Below, piece by piece: positions 35,501 to 48,700 of a DNA stretch of 64,000 nt (positions are counted from its first letter, which is position 1; every line of letters begins with the position of its first letter). Source of the stretch: Hydrolagus colliei (taxonomy: Eukaryota). Made by a program: the position numbers and the translations under genes. Where the stretch lies: the NCBI GenBank assembly GCA_035084275.1, contig CM068771.1:744001-808000 (forward strand), given 5' to 3'. Under the pieces are notes generated by a model that worked only from the letters and a program-made list of their open reading frames with translations, had not been told where the DNA came from and did not search any database.

Positions 35501-35870
35501 ACGCGGGCAGTCTGTTAAATAATAATAATAATAATAATAATCCTTGCATTTGATATAGCGCTTTCCACATCTTATCAATGTCTCAAAGCGCTTCACAGAA
35601 TATACTGTAAAGTTGATTGACTGTATATATTTGTGGGCAAATCGCGGCAGCCAATTGCGCACAGCAGTGTCCCACAAACAGTCATGGATTGAAATTACCA
35701 ATTTTATTATTGTGGTTTTTTTGGAGGGATTATTATTAGGCGTGTGGAGTAAGGCAACTTGCCCAAGTTTTCGCCCTGACCTGCCTGGATTCGAACACAG
35801 GTCTCCCCAGCTTGGTCTTCCCAGCTTGCAAGACAAGTGCTCTAACCACTGAGCCACAGGAGCCACATGT

Positions 35871-35986
35871 TGCTTACCATTGAAAGGTAGGAGGTGTTCA
35901 TATTGTTTTGATAAACATGTTATTTCAGCTCCGGTGTCAAGGAGGCATTCAACGTCACGATGGCCCACTCTCAGAGTAACGTATAG
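35871..35986 (-). pseudogene. pro: ERV aspartic protease N-terminus
   Basis: LYVTLRVGHRDVECLLDTGAEITC with the DTG active site; truncated by a SINE. Confidence 0.9.
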
Positions 35987-35999
35987 TCAGTCCTCCCTG

Positions 36000-37685
36000 T
36001 GGTTAAGGAGTGCCATTAAACTACACGGGAGGGAGAGAGCGGGCTCTACTTTTTTTTGCCGCTTGGACCAGCGCTTGCTGATGTTGGGTGGATAAATCAC
36101 GGAACTGGTCAATCAGTGAGGTAGAGGGTTGGGGCCGATAATCCTCGTCCCGGTCCCGGGAATCATCACGGCGTCAGGACTGGTTGCGCGACCCTTCTCC
36201 CCTTCCGCCGCCGTTACCTCTGTTCTTCTTGGAGCAGCAAGTTTTGGCCCAGTGGCCCTCCTTCCCGCAATTGTGGCACTTTCCCGGATGCGCTGATCCA
36301 TCTGTTGATCGGGAGGGCGGTGCTCGCCACTCTGGAAGGTGCAGAGTTTGACACCCTGGTCTCGGTCAATCTTATTGCATTTATCCACTAGTTCTCCATA
36401 CTCCCTACCGCGTTCTTCCCAATCAGGCAAAGTAAGCTTTACTAGTTTGCTCAGTTCGGGCTTCAGTCCGGACATAAATGCTGCTTTCAAGGGACCATTT
36501 GTTATTCTGTCAAGATCATCGGAATTGGCGCCTGGGTGCATTCACGAATGTTCCAGCCATACAGCGCGGAATAGTTCGTCGTATTCCAAAACTCCTCGGT
36601 TACTTTCTATTCACACGCCGCCACTTTACCCCAATCGGTTTTGGCTGGACCTTGTTCCACTAACCATATGCGAATAGCTGTCCAGCCGGCATTCAGATCT
36701 TGGTCATCTCCCAGTGCTTCCTCTATGGCTTGAACCAATCATCGTGCTCCTCTACCCGTTGTCATTACACTCAGAATCTGGGTGCCATCGTTCAGGTGGA
36801 GTCTGTAAATCCCCTTCAAATGACTTAACTCTTCCCAGGTCTTGAGACCTCCTTTCTTTGGGTGAGGGAGGGTTTTGGACCATTTGTCAATTTTCTCAGG
36901 ATCAGTCGGTTTGTGGATGGGTACAAATTCATAACCCCATTCAGCTGCTGGTGGATGTCCTGTTATTGTTTCCCCATTTTGCTCACTGACGGGTGCGGTT
37001 CTTCTCACTTAATTTTCCTTTTTTTTTCGTATAATCGTGGACCCGTGGAAGCCGACTTCGGATCCGATCCCCAGGGGTTGCCGTCCCATTTTTCGTCTTC
37101 ATCGGGGTCTGGGTCACTTTCGCTGGTGGTATCTTCAGGATAAGCTGGGGGTAAAACACTGGGCTGTTTTGGGGCTGGGAGTGGTCTGGCGGTCGGATAT
37201 ATCGACGGGATCGGCAAAGGAGGCGCCGAGGGATTCATCACATTACGTGAAGATTCTTCTATTTTGGCGATCTTAGCTTTCAACTTCTCAATTTCGGCAT
37301 CTTCCCTATCCATGTCCGCCTGCTTCTTGCTTATTCTCTCAGTCATGGCAAGCAATTGCTCCTTTGCCCGAGCGCTTTCCGTGCTCTGTTGCGCCTGCCT
37401 CATGACTTCTCCTCGCTACTGGAGCTGTCCCATCACTATGAGCGACCATCTGAGACCTTCTTTTCCCTTCGGACGGGTAGTTTGTCCCCAGGCTTTCTTT
37501 ATATCATCCAGATTCCACTGACCGTCTCCAATACTGTAGTTACTTTGCATTTGATTCTGGGCATACCCCAGATCTTGATTTTGTTCGATGAACTCTTTGA
37601 GTTGTTTTAACATTTCACCTTTGGTAACATCAGGTGGGGCTAGCCCTCCTTTTACTGTGGTGGTGGATTTACTTGAATCACTCAT
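36000..37685 (-). pseudogene. gag: ERV gag, frameshifted
   Basis: ATG 37685 (MSDSSK), coiled-coil region, PSAP and PPAY late domains, capsid-like AFMSGLKPEL, CCHC knuckle CHNCGKEGHWAKTC at ~36235-36285. Confidence 0.88.
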
Positions 37686-37946
37686 GGTGCCAGTGATATT
37701 CGGTACTAGGCTTGAGACCGGGGGCAATCGAATGCCGTAGATAGGATTCTTACTTTTCCCGCCGCAGAGCTCTGAAATAGTCTCTCGAGATATCTTATCT
37801 TGTTTCAGCAGTTCGTTTAAGAATCGCGAGAAAACGTAAACACTACCGATACTTGAGGCGAGGAATTTTAAGAGGATTCCTTACCTCTGGGTCACGTCTG
37901 ACCGATGTGGGTCTCTGGTTAGCCTTATGTTTTCTTGTCTTCTGCG

Positions 37947-37964
37947 ATCCTGCTGACCACACCA
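37947..37964 (-). other. ERV primer-binding site, tRNA-Ser-like
   Basis: TGGTGTGGTCAGCAGGAT, 4 nt after the 5' LTR; 15/18 to recalled vertebrate tRNA-Ser complement TGGCGTAGTCGGCAGGAT, and two of the mismatches are CpG-type. Confidence 0.65.
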
Positions 37965-37968
37965 GAAT

Positions 37969-38425
37969 TGTAGGATCATCCATTTCCGTGTGTTGAACAG
38001 ATAGTCTTTGGACACCGAGTAGATTCAAAAGAGTTAAAAGAGTTCTTTATTACAGTACTTGTAAAGTTACAGCACAGGCAAGTTGCTTGAGCTGTTCTTT
38101 TTAGACAAAATAAAATAATCTATATTTATACATTGCTACTTTCTGTTAGCTTATTCAATCAAAAAGTTACTGATGACTCGACCCTCTCTCAGGGGTTTCA
38201 CCCAATCAAAATAGTCTCTCCCTTCATGGGTTGCACTTGAACACTGGTATGTACAGTCTAACCTTTGTCTCACATATTGATCATGAGTCTGCACAGTATT
38301 GGCGCATGGTTTTCTGATTGGGTTAGCTGGAAAGTTAAACAATGCCCATATCTAGTCGCTCGGTTAGCTGTCTACGCATAACATTCTGGTGCTGAATCAC
38401 ACTCCTTATTTCTTTAACTCCTTCA
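37969..38425 (-). repeat. ERV 5' LTR
   Basis: 457 bp, colinear with 33890-34350, roughly 30 differences by eye. Confidence 0.93.
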
Positions 38426-39059
38426 CTGGGAGAAAACATTTCTCCTCAGCTCCCCTCTGCTTCTTTTTGAAACTATTTTAAATCTGTGACCACAAGTCAT
38501 GATTCACTGCTACACCCACCAGTGGAAACAGTTTTTCCCTATCTGCTCTGTTGAATCCCCTCATGATCTTAAAAACCTCTATTAGGTTTCTTACAACCTT
38601 CTCTGTTCCAATGTGAATAAGCCTAGCCTCTCTAGCCTTTCCTCGTAGGTGATGTCCCTAATTCCTGGTACCATCCTGGTAAATCTCCTCTACACCCTTT
38701 CTAATGCCTTAACATCCTTCCTAACGTGTGGTGACCAGAATTGTACACAGTACTCTTGCTGAGGACTAACCATTGTTTTACAGAGTTTACTCAGAGCTTG
38801 CTGACATTTTACTCTATGCCCCTATTTATAAAGTATCCCGTATGCTTTTTTGATAGCCTTGTCCTGCCACCTTCAAAGAATCACTCACACAAACTCCCAG
38901 GTCTCTCTGTTCATTCACACCGCTTAAAATTGCACTACCTAGGCTAGCCTCGTGACCCAAATCGAGAGTATCTGCTTTGCAGTCACTGTCCCCCGAACTT
39001 CCATCCCCTCCCCACCTCCCCCCCACACCCCATCTCCTACCCATCCTTCCATACCTTCG

Positions 39060-40545
39060 ACCCCATCTCCCCATCCTCCGTCATTAAAACCACCTCCTTG
39101 ATGAAGCTCTCCACCTGCTCCCTAGATCCCATTCCTCTCCTTACCACCCAGCTCCAGCTTCTAGCCCTTCTAATCACCGACTGCATCAACCTGTCCCTCT
39201 TACCTGGGACCTTTCCCTTCAAAACTGCCACTATCACCTCCATCCTAAAAAAGCTTTCCCTTGATGCGTCAAGCTATCTCCAAGCTCCCCTTCCTTTCCA
39301 AGGTCCTCGATAGAGTGGTTGTCTCCCACATCCACTCTTTCCTCACAAAGCATTTACTTCTCGAACGCCTCAATCGGGTTTCCGTGCCTCTCACAGCATG
39401 GAAACTGCCCTGTTCAAGGTCACAAACGACATCCTGACCATCTGTGACCAGAGCTCCCTCTGCCTCCTCGTCCTCCTCGACCTATCCACCATTTTCAATA
39501 CCGTGGACCACACAATCCTCCTCCACCACTTCTGCTTCCTCCTTAACCTGCAAGATTCTGTCCTCGATTTGTTCCAGGCCTATCTCTCACACCACCTTCA
39601 CTTTGTCTCCTCCAAGAGCTTTTCCTCCAGCCCCCACAAAGTCACATGCGCCGATCCCCAGGGCTCTGTCCTTGTCCCCCTGCTCTTCACCCTCTACACT
39701 CTCCCTCTGGGCAACATCATCTGCAGACATGGGGTAAATTCCCACATGTATGTGGATGACACCCAACTCTACCTCTCCGCATCCACCATTGACTCCAGGA
39801 CTACTGGTCTGATTGCATATCTGTCCAACGTTGAGTCGTGGACGAGGGCAGGTTTCCTACAGCTCAATGTCAACAAGACGGAGGCCCTCCTGATTGGCTC
39901 ACGTCAACACCTCTGCACCTCAGGCAATGACAACATCAGTGTTCAAGGCTGCTCTCTCCACCTCTCAAAGCCAATCAAGAATCTGGGCGACTTGTTCAAC
40001 TCTGAATTATCCTTCCTCCTCCATATCCGGCACAGTCTTCCACCACCTCTGCAATATTGCCAGACTCCACCACTACCTCACCACCCCATGCCGCCAAAAC
40101 TCTCATCCACGCCTTTATCACTTCCAGGTTCAACCTCATTGGCCTTCCCAGCTCCTCCCTCCACAGGCTGCAGATCATTCACAATTCTGCAACTCGTGTA
40201 CTCTCCTATACCAGGCTTCACACCACATCACTCCCATCCTCGCCGATCTCCACCGGCTCCCCATCCCCCAGAGGATAGATTTCAAGATCCTCATCCTCAA
40301 TTTCAAGGCCATTCACGGCCTTGCCCCCGCCTATCTCTCTGACCTACTGCCTCCCTATCTGCCCACCAACACCCTCCATTCAGCAGACTCAGGCCTGCTC
40401 TACATCCACAGCTATCGGAGGCCAGGCTTTCAGCCTCTCTGCTCCCACACTGTGGAACTCCATCCCGCAGCCCCTCCACCTTGCTTCCTCCCTTTCCTCC
40501 TTCAAGGCCAGTCTCAAGAACTTCCTCTTTGACAGTGTCCACGGA
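39060..40545 (+). mobile_element. L2 LINE RT and 3' region
   Basis: ORF 39398-40342: ETALFKVTNDIL, LLVLLDLS..FNTVDH, PQGSVL, MYVDDTQLY. Confidence 0.92.
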
Positions 40546-40885
40546 GCATTGAAAGATTGTGGCCAGAATCTCTGCTATTTGCTCCTGTACTTCCCTTAGT
40601 AACCTAGGATGCATCCCATCCGGACCGGGCGATTTATCTACCTTGAGCACCGTCAACCTTTTTAGCACTTCCTCTCTGTTTATACTAATCCTATCCATTT
40701 CCTCTCCTGTGGTACTGGGGCATTGGCTGCATATTCTTCTTTTGTGAAGACAGAGGCAAAGTACTCATTGAGTGCATTAGCCATGCCTTCAGCCTTCACA
40801 ATAAGATTTCCTCCATGGTCCCTAATTGGCCCCACCCTACCTTTCACTAACCTTTTATTTTTGATATGCATATAAAATACCTTAG

Positions 40886-41602
40886 CGTTGGGATATGGAG
40901 GTATTAAAAATTAATTATAGTTAGTTCCAATCAGGCGCCAACTAAACCAATCTATCCACAATACAGGCATGGTCAGCAATCTTGAGCAATAGGGAGAGAA
41001 ACAACTTGTCTACACAAAACATCAGGTGCATATTCCCCTGCGCTGAGACAACCTTGGGTACTGGTCCATGGCACTAATCCAAGGAGTGCACTAAAATCAG
41101 TAGCTTCTAGAATAAATAAAGAATTGAAGGAGAGCCATCTGAAGGTTTGGGAAAGCAAGGAGGCAGACAAAACAAGCCTGAGCAGATGGGGAGGTGTTTG
41201 AGATCCGCTCTGCTCATCAGGATAAGCGAGGCTGGTGGAGACATATAAAGATAGGAGTGAAAGAATGGCTCATTACAACAGTTGGGGAGTGTCTCAGAGT
41301 AAACCGAGATCTCCAGCCTGCCACTATTGTCCAGAACTACTGGAACAGGTCATGGTTCGAGTTATTCAGTTTTACAGAAGGGTCAGTTAGAGAAGGAAAG
41401 ATAGAAGGAGAGAATATTGTGAGAAGCCTGAACCTGACTTATGGTGTAACAGCCTGAATCCAGCATTGTATTCTACATAGAACTGGTTGTATGATTATTT
41501 TATTCTATCATTCTAAAATTGCTTGCAATCAATAAATCACTGTACCATTATTAAGGATTGTTGGCTCATTATTTTGAACTCTCGGGATCTGAAATCCCAA
41601 CA
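40886..41602 (+). mobile_element. Solo LTR, 717 bp, inside a CR1 fragment
   Basis: Ends (c)GTTGGGA...TCCCAACA, 4-bp TSD TTAG (40882-40885 / 41603-41606), AATAAA at 41531. The CR1 sequence resumes on both sides. Confidence 0.8.
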
Positions 41603-42359
41603 TTAGGCTTCCCTTTAATGTTACCCGCTGATCAGTTCTCATACAGTCTTTTTTCCCCTCTAATTTCTCGTTTCAGTTCCGATATTCTGTTTGGTTGTCT
41701 TCCATACTTTGGATATGAAATTTGTCATAAGCCTCCTCTTTTTGTTTTATTTTAGTCCCTTTTTAGTTTATTCCCATCCAGGGAGGTCTGGATGCCCTTT
41801 TTACCTTTGTGGGAATGTACCTGTTCTGTGCCAGAACTATCTCCTCCTTGAAGACTTGCCACTGCTCCTTATCTTTTTTATATATAAACAAATACAAAAA
41901 CAAATATATTTATTTGGGTAAAACCATATAATTTGTTTTTTAAACTAATATCCATTACACATCACGTGAAATAAACCAACATTTTTCACCATGACAAAAA
42001 CGCAGCGGCCCTGACTTGCTACCAACGCAAAATAACAAGACATCCAAAATATCATCCATCGTCTTTGTGGGAAAACAAAAACAAAACCCTGTAGTTCTCA
42101 TCACAAACCATAAGTCATCTATTACCCACATTCCCTCGTTTCTCTGCACTACTCATTTCTCTGCACCGCTGCAGTTACAAAAGGGCTAATCCCAGCTCCA
42201 CCGTCCTTCCCTTACCGGATGGCAGGCCAAAAACAAACAAAAAAAACCACTCCCATGCTCCCCCCTTTATGGGGAGAGGCTTCTGCATGATACAAACATT
42301 ATACAAACACTCTCTGGTTACAGGTCGGGTGTCCCACACTACTCCTTAGCTGTTTTACC

Positions 42360-43200
42360 TGCCAATCTTTCTCTCCAGTCCACTTGGCAAGATCTCTTTT
42401 TCACTCACTGAAATTAGCCTTCTTCCAGTTGAGTAACCTCACCTTTGATTGTTCCTTGTCCATTTCCATAAGTATTCTGAATATAATAATGTTGTGATCA
42501 CTATTGCCCAGGTGCTCTCCTACTGAAATCTGCTCTACTTGCCCCATTTCATTCCCCAGAACTAAACCCAGCACTTCCTTGTTGGGCTGGAACCATACTG
42601 ATCAAGAATGTTGTCCTGAACACATTTCAGGAATCCTTCTCCGTCCTTGCACTTTATGCTGCTATTTTACCAGTCTAGGTTGGGATAATTGAAGTCTAGC
42701 CTTAATCACTACTCTATTGGCTTTACATCTTTCTGAAATCTGTTTGCAAATCTGCTCGTCTATCCCTTTCTCACAATGTGTTGGTCTGTAGTGTAAAAGC
42801 TCCCTTTTTGTTCCTTAACTCTCACCAGATAGATTCTGTTTTTAGACCTTCTTGCACCTCGTTCCTTTCCAAGGCTGTAACCGTATCTTTAATTAATATT
42901 GCCACTCCCCCTCCTTCTTTTCATTCTCTATCCCTCCTCAATACATCATAGTCAGGAATGTTCAGTTCCCATTGCTGCCCTTGTTTGAGCCAGGTCTCCA
43001 ACATCATATCCCCTCACAGCAACTTGAACCTGCCCCCACCAATCTTGTTTGTCAAACTCCGTGTATTTACACACATGCACTCCAAGACAGACTTCACCTG
43101 TTCTCTATTTGTCCCCCGGTCTTATCCCTCCCTTTTCCAGACTATTGCTTGTTCCATTCCCATTCCCCCTCAAAATTAGTTTAATCCCCCCCGCACCCCA
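42360..43200 (-). mobile_element. CR1 endonuclease-region fragment
   Basis: Degenerate minus-strand CR1 EN sequence (gacttcaattatcccaac, gtgatcacaacatt). Confidence 0.65.
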
Positions 43201-43749
43201 CCGCCCACAACCCTGTCATGTCACAGATTAATCCATAAATAAATACATTCACACTGTTTCCAGTCTAATACCCAGCCCCACTCTCACTCTCTCGCATTCC
43301 CTCATGCTCACTGATGCTCGCAAACTGTCACAATCTGTCCCTCTCACAAAAACTCATCCACAAAACAGTCACTACACTGACCCCATCCCCCCTCTCAGTC
43401 ACTCACTCACCTTTTCTGAACTGATTAGTCAGGTGACCAGGGGGGCAAAAGCAGCGAGTGACCGGGGGGGGGGGGGGGGGGGGGGAAACAATAGCAGCAC
43501 GTGACCAGGGGTACAATAGCAGCACGTGACCAGGGGGACAATAGCAGCACTTGACCAGGGAGACAATAGCAGCATGTGACCATAGGGGACAATAGCAGCA
43601 TGTGACCAGGTGGGACAATAGCAGCATATGACCAGGGGGGAAATTGCAGCATGTGACCAAGGGGGGACAATAGCAGCATATGACCAGGGGGGAAATTGCA
43701 GCATGTGACCAGGGGGGGACAATAGCAGCATGTGACCAGGGGGGACAAT

Positions 43750-44945
43750 AGGACGGTGAGGGCTACTCTAGGATCTTTGCCAACCACTGAGGTGCAGAAC
43801 AAGGCCAGGGCTCAATGCTCAGCTCATCTGGCAAACTACACTTCTGTAGCTCAGTGGTCGCAGGCCGGAGAGTCCTGGATTATATGCAACCTATGGAGGG
43901 AGAAATTGGGAAAGCCAACAAACAGTACATTGGCGTAGTCGAGCTGTAGTGTGACCAAGGCAGAAATGAGGGTTTCACCAACCTTGAGCGTCAGGTAATG
44001 GCGGAGACATCCAATAGTTGAGGGAAGGCAGAGCGGGTCATGGCTTTGATGTGAGACAGGAAAGACAGTTGAGGATCGATCAAGACACCCAGGTTCCTGA
44101 CTGCTTGGTGAGGTTGAGTGTGCAACCTGGGAGGATGATGCCTCTCACTCTCTCACTAACTCTTCAACAAAACAGTCACCACACTTTACAACACCAAAAT
44201 TACATTTATAAAGCGCCTTTCACGTCGTCAGGATGTCCAAAGGTGCTGGAGAGTTAGGATGGGAGCTGAGCAAGGGAGAGGGATTGGGGGGATGGGTGGG
44301 AGAGAGATAGGAGCGGAGGGAGCGGGTTGAGAGAGCAGCAGGAAGCATGGTTGATGAGGAGGTACTTGAGATTGGCCTTGAAGGAGGCAAGGAAGGCAAA
44401 GGGGCTGTGAGATAGAGTTTCAGAGTGTGGGGGCAGAGAGGCTGCAAGCCCAAAGGAAGGGCGGGTTGGGTTGGGGACATGGAGCAGGCCGGAGCCCGCT
44501 GAAATGAGATGGAGGGAAGTTTCACAGGTGGACAGCAGGTCCGAAAGGTGGGGTGGGTAAGGCTGTGAATGGCTTTAAAGGTGAAAATGAGGATCTTGAA
44601 TTCAATTCTCTGGTGGATGGGGAGCTAATGTAGCCAGACGAGGGAAGGAGTGATGTGGTCGCGGAGCTTGGTGCTGGTAAGGACATGAGCTGCAGAGTTC
44701 TGGATGATCTGCACCTTGTAAAGCGAAGGACTAAGAAGGCCAACGAGGACACAGTTTCCATAGTTGATCATTCATGTGATGAATGTGTGAACTACGGTTT
44801 CAGCAGCCTCAGCAATGAGGCAGTGGCTAAATCTGGCGATGTTGCGAAGGTGGTGGAAGGCCATGTAAGACAGTTCAGGGTTGAGGTGCGGTGAACAAGA
44901 TGGCGGTAGGATTGGAGGCAGTCGGGAAGGTGATAGCGGAGTTGC
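43750..44945 (-). mobile_element. L2 LINE fragments
   Basis: L2 3' and RT motifs on the minus strand; continues past the Tc2-like element at 45774-46330. Confidence 0.75.
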
Positions 44946-44949
44946 AAAA

Positions 44950-45773
44950 CCATATATCTCCGCATATACGGCGCACTTTTTTGCACGTCGGAAGATCTCG
45001 AAAGTTGGGGGTGCGCCCTATACGCAGACACAAGAAATGTTGAGCCTCGGAAATACAGTAAACAGGAGGGGCGGGCGGCGCGCTGTCAGCCAGGGTTTGG
45101 TCAGTGTCCGGCGGGGTTTGGGGGGAATGGATGACGGGGCTTCAGCCTCGGCCGCCCGGGCATCGGCAACAGCAGCGGACTTCAGTGATGAGCCTGCTGC
45201 CTGCCTTCTGCCTAACCCAGTCTNNNNNNNNNNNNNNNNNNNNNNNNNNNNNNNNNNNNNNNNNNNNNNNNNNNNNNNNNNNNNNNNNNNNNNNNNNNNN
45301 NNNNNNNNNNNNNNNNNNNNNNNNNNNNNNNNNNNNNNNNNNNNNNNNNNNNNNNNNNNNNNNNNNNNNNNNNNNNNNNCTTTCTCCCTCTCTCTCTCCC
45401 TGGCTGCCTGCGTGCCTCTCTCCCTCTCTCTTTCCCTGGCTGCCTGCCTGCCTCTCTCCCTCTCTCTCTCACTGGCTGCCGGCCTACCTCTCTCCCTCTC
45501 TCTCTCCATGGCTGCTGGCCTGCCTCTCTCCCTCTCTCTCTCCCTGCCTGCGTGCCTGCCTGCCTCTCTCCCTCTCTCTCTCCCTGGCTGCCTGCCTGCT
45601 TCCCTCCCTCCCTCCCACTCTCCCTCCCTGCCAGCCTGCCTCTCTCTCTGCCTACCTACCTGTCTCTCCTGTCTCTCCTCCCTTCTGCCGGCAATATCAT
45701 TGAAAATGCTTCCGTTTTTTAGAAAAGGTCAAAAGTGGGTGGTGCGCCTTATACGCGGATTCGCCTTATACGG
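44950..45773. mobile_element. Tc1/mariner (Tc2/pogo-like) non-autonomous element spanning the gap
   Basis: TIRs CC(G/A)TATATCTCCGC(G/A)TATA.GGCGCAC at both ends, TA on the right, inserted in L2. Only its right half recurs in later array units. Confidence 0.7.
45224..45379. other. Assembly gap (156 N)
   Basis: Run of N. Confidence 1.
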
Positions 45774-48700
45774 TAGATGAAATGGTGGTTAGAGGTGGCC
45801 TTGTCAACGATGGTGACATCCGAGACACTGAGGCCCCGGGTGATAATAATAATAATATTCCTTGCATTTGATAAAGAAATTTTCACATCTTATGAATGGC
45901 TCAAAGCGCTTCACAGAATATACTGCAAAGTGAATTGACTGTATATTTGTGGGCAATATCAGGTCAAGCGAGTGACCAAGCATGTGGTTGCAGAGTAGAT
46001 ATGAAGGGAGAGGTTGCGATGGGAGAGGAGGGAGGAGAAGTCCGAGGAGGTCATGTAATATGGCATGAATTGGAGGTTCAAATCGCCGAGGATGATGAGG
46101 CGATAGGAGCCGAAGCAGAAGGATCCTAGGGGGGTGGAAATGTCAGAGATGAAGGTGGGGGAGGATTTTAGGGGTTCGTAGAGAAGGAGAATTTTGAGGG
46201 AGAGATGGGCAGTGGGTGAGATGTTCAAACGAGGAATGGGCGATAGGGCAAGTGGTGCCCCGGAGATGAGGGCCACACTACTGCCATGTCGGTTGGGACA
46301 CGGTGAGAGATGCAGCCATTAGGTGCGGCGTCCTCTAACCAATGAGCTAGAGGACTGTGTCTCTCACACTCTCTCTTTCTCTGTCTCACTCTCTCGCATT
46401 GTCTCACACTCACTGAGACTTACTCACTATGACAGTCTGTCACTCTCACACAAACTCACCCACAAAAACAGTCACTGCGCATTACTGTGACTCACACATG
46501 AAACATAGTCACTACACTTTAGAGTCTGTCTCACCCAACAAACACAGTCACTACACTGACCCCATCTCCCCTCTCGGTCACTCACTCACCTTTTCTGAAT
46601 TCATTGGTCAAGTCTTGCTTTGCCAGCATGTGACCAGGGGGGGGAAACGATAGCAGCATGTGACCAGGGGTGGGGACAATAGCAGAATGTGACCAGGAGG
46701 ACAATAGCAGCATGTGACCTGGTGGGGGGACAATAGCAGCACATGACCGGGGGGGGAACAATAGCAGCACGTGACCAGGGGGGGAACAATAGCAGACGTG
46801 ACCAGGGGGACAATAGCAGTCGTGACCAGGGGGACAATAGCAAGGGGAGGGCTGCTCTAGGATCTTTGGCAACCTCTGAGGTGCAGGACAAGGCCAGGGC
46901 TCAATGCTCAGCTCATCTGGCAAACTACAGTTCTGTAGCTCCCTGCCTGCCTGACTGCCTCTCTCCCTCCCTGCCTGCGTGGCTGCCTGCCTCTCTCCCT
47001 CTCTCTCTCGCTGGCTGCCGGCCTCTCTCTCGCTGGCTGCCGGCCTGCCTCTCTCCCTCTCTCACTCCCTGCCTGCCGGACTGCCTCTCTCCCTCTCTCT
47101 TTCCCTGCCTGCGTGCCTGCCTGCCTCTCTCCCTCTCTCTCTCCCTGGCTGCCTTCCTGCTTCCCTCCCTCCCTCTCTCCCTCCCTGCCTGCCTGCCTCT
47201 CTCTCTCCCTACCTACCTGTCTCTCCTGTCCCTCCTTCCTTCTGCCGGCAATATGATTGAAAATGCTTCCGTTTTTTTTTCACCAAGAAAAGGTCAAAAG
47301 TGTGGGGTGCGCCTTATATGCGGAGATATACGGTAGATGAAATGGTGGTTAGAGTTGGCCTTGTCAACCATTGTGACATCCGAGACACTGAGGACCCGGG
47401 TGATAATAATAATAATATTCCTTCCATTTGATACAGAACCTTTCACATCTTATGAATGGCTCAAAGCGCTTCACAGAATATACTGTAAAGTGAATTGACT
47501 GTATATTTTTTGGCAAAATCAGGTCAAGCGAGTGACCAAGAATGTGGTTGCGGAGTAGATGTGAAGGGAGAGGTTGAGAGAGGAGAGGACAGAGGAGAAG
47601 TCTGAGGAGGTCATTTAAGAGGGCATGAATTGGAGGTTCAAATCGCCGAGGATGATGAGGCAATAGGAGCGGAGGCAGAAGGATGCTAGGGGGGTGGAAA
47701 TGTCAGAGATGAAGGTGGGGGAGGATTTTGGGGATTCGTAGAGAAGGAGAATTTTAAGGGAGAGATGGGCCGTGGGTGAGATGTTCAAATGAGGAATGTG
47801 CGATAGGGCAAGTGGTGCCCCGGAGATAACGGCCACACCACTGCCATGTCGGTTGGGACATGGTGAGCGATGCAGCCATTAGGTGCGGCGTCCTCTAACC
47901 AATGAGCTAGAGGACTGTGTCTCTCACACTCTCTCTTTCTCTGTCTCACTCTCTCGCATTGTCTCACAATCACTGAGACCTACACACTATCACAGTCTGT
48001 CACTCTCACACAAACTCACCCACAAAACCAGTCACTGCGCTTTACTGTGACTCACACATGAAACATAGTCACTACACTTTAGAGTCTGTCTCACCCACAA
48101 AACACAGTCACTACACTGACCCCATCCCCCCTCTCGGTCACTCACTCACCTTTTCTGAATTCATTGGTCAAGTGTTGCTTTGCCAGCATGTGACCAGGCG
48201 GGACAATAGCAGCATGTGACCAGGGGGACTATAGCAGCACGTGACCAGGGGGGGACGATAGCAGCATGTGACCAGGGGGGGAACAATAGCAGCACGTGAC
48301 CAGGGGGGACAATAGGAAGGGGAGGGCTACTCTAGGATCTTTGCCAACCTTTGAGGTGCAGGACAAGGCCAGGGCACAATGCTCAGCTCATCTGGCAAAC
48401 TACAGTTCTGTAGCTCCCTGCCTGCCTGCCTCTCTCACTCTCTCCCTCCCTGGCTGCCGGACTGCCTCTCTCCCTTTTTCTCTCCCTGCCTGCTGGACTG
48501 CCTCTCTCCCTCTGTCCCTCCCTGCCTGCGTGCCTGCCTGCCTCTCTCCCTCTCTCTCTCCCTGGCTGCCTGCCTGCTTCCCTCCCTCCTTCTCTCCCTC
48601 CCTGCCTGCCTTCCTCTCTCTCTCCCTACCTACCTCTCTCTCCTGTATCTCCTCCCTTCTGCCGGCAATATCATTGAAAATGCTTCCGTTTTTTTTTCAC

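Larger units (their letters stand above)
33890..38425 (-). mobile_element. Internally deleted endogenous retrovirus (class I, epsilon/gamma-like), 4.5 kb
   Basis: Two LTRs with TG...CA ends, 5-bp TSD CTGGG (33885-33889 / 38426-38430), PBS, PPT, and gag-pro-int-env remnants in order. It splits a CR1 fragment that resumes on the other side. Confidence 0.95.

Noticed and set aside
35821-35864. tRNA genes (also ~16150-16190, 21300-21330, 30700-30760)
   Set aside because: A/B boxes run into SINE bodies and tails; no full cloverleaf.
44881-45780. 299-aa ORF
   Set aside because: Spans the N gap and a CT-rich tract inside a non-autonomous transposon.
46339-46347. CCAATGAG Y-like box repeated in each array unit
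   Set aside because: Lies in an L2 endonuclease remnant, has no X box 19-20 bp away, and is mutated or deleted in two units.
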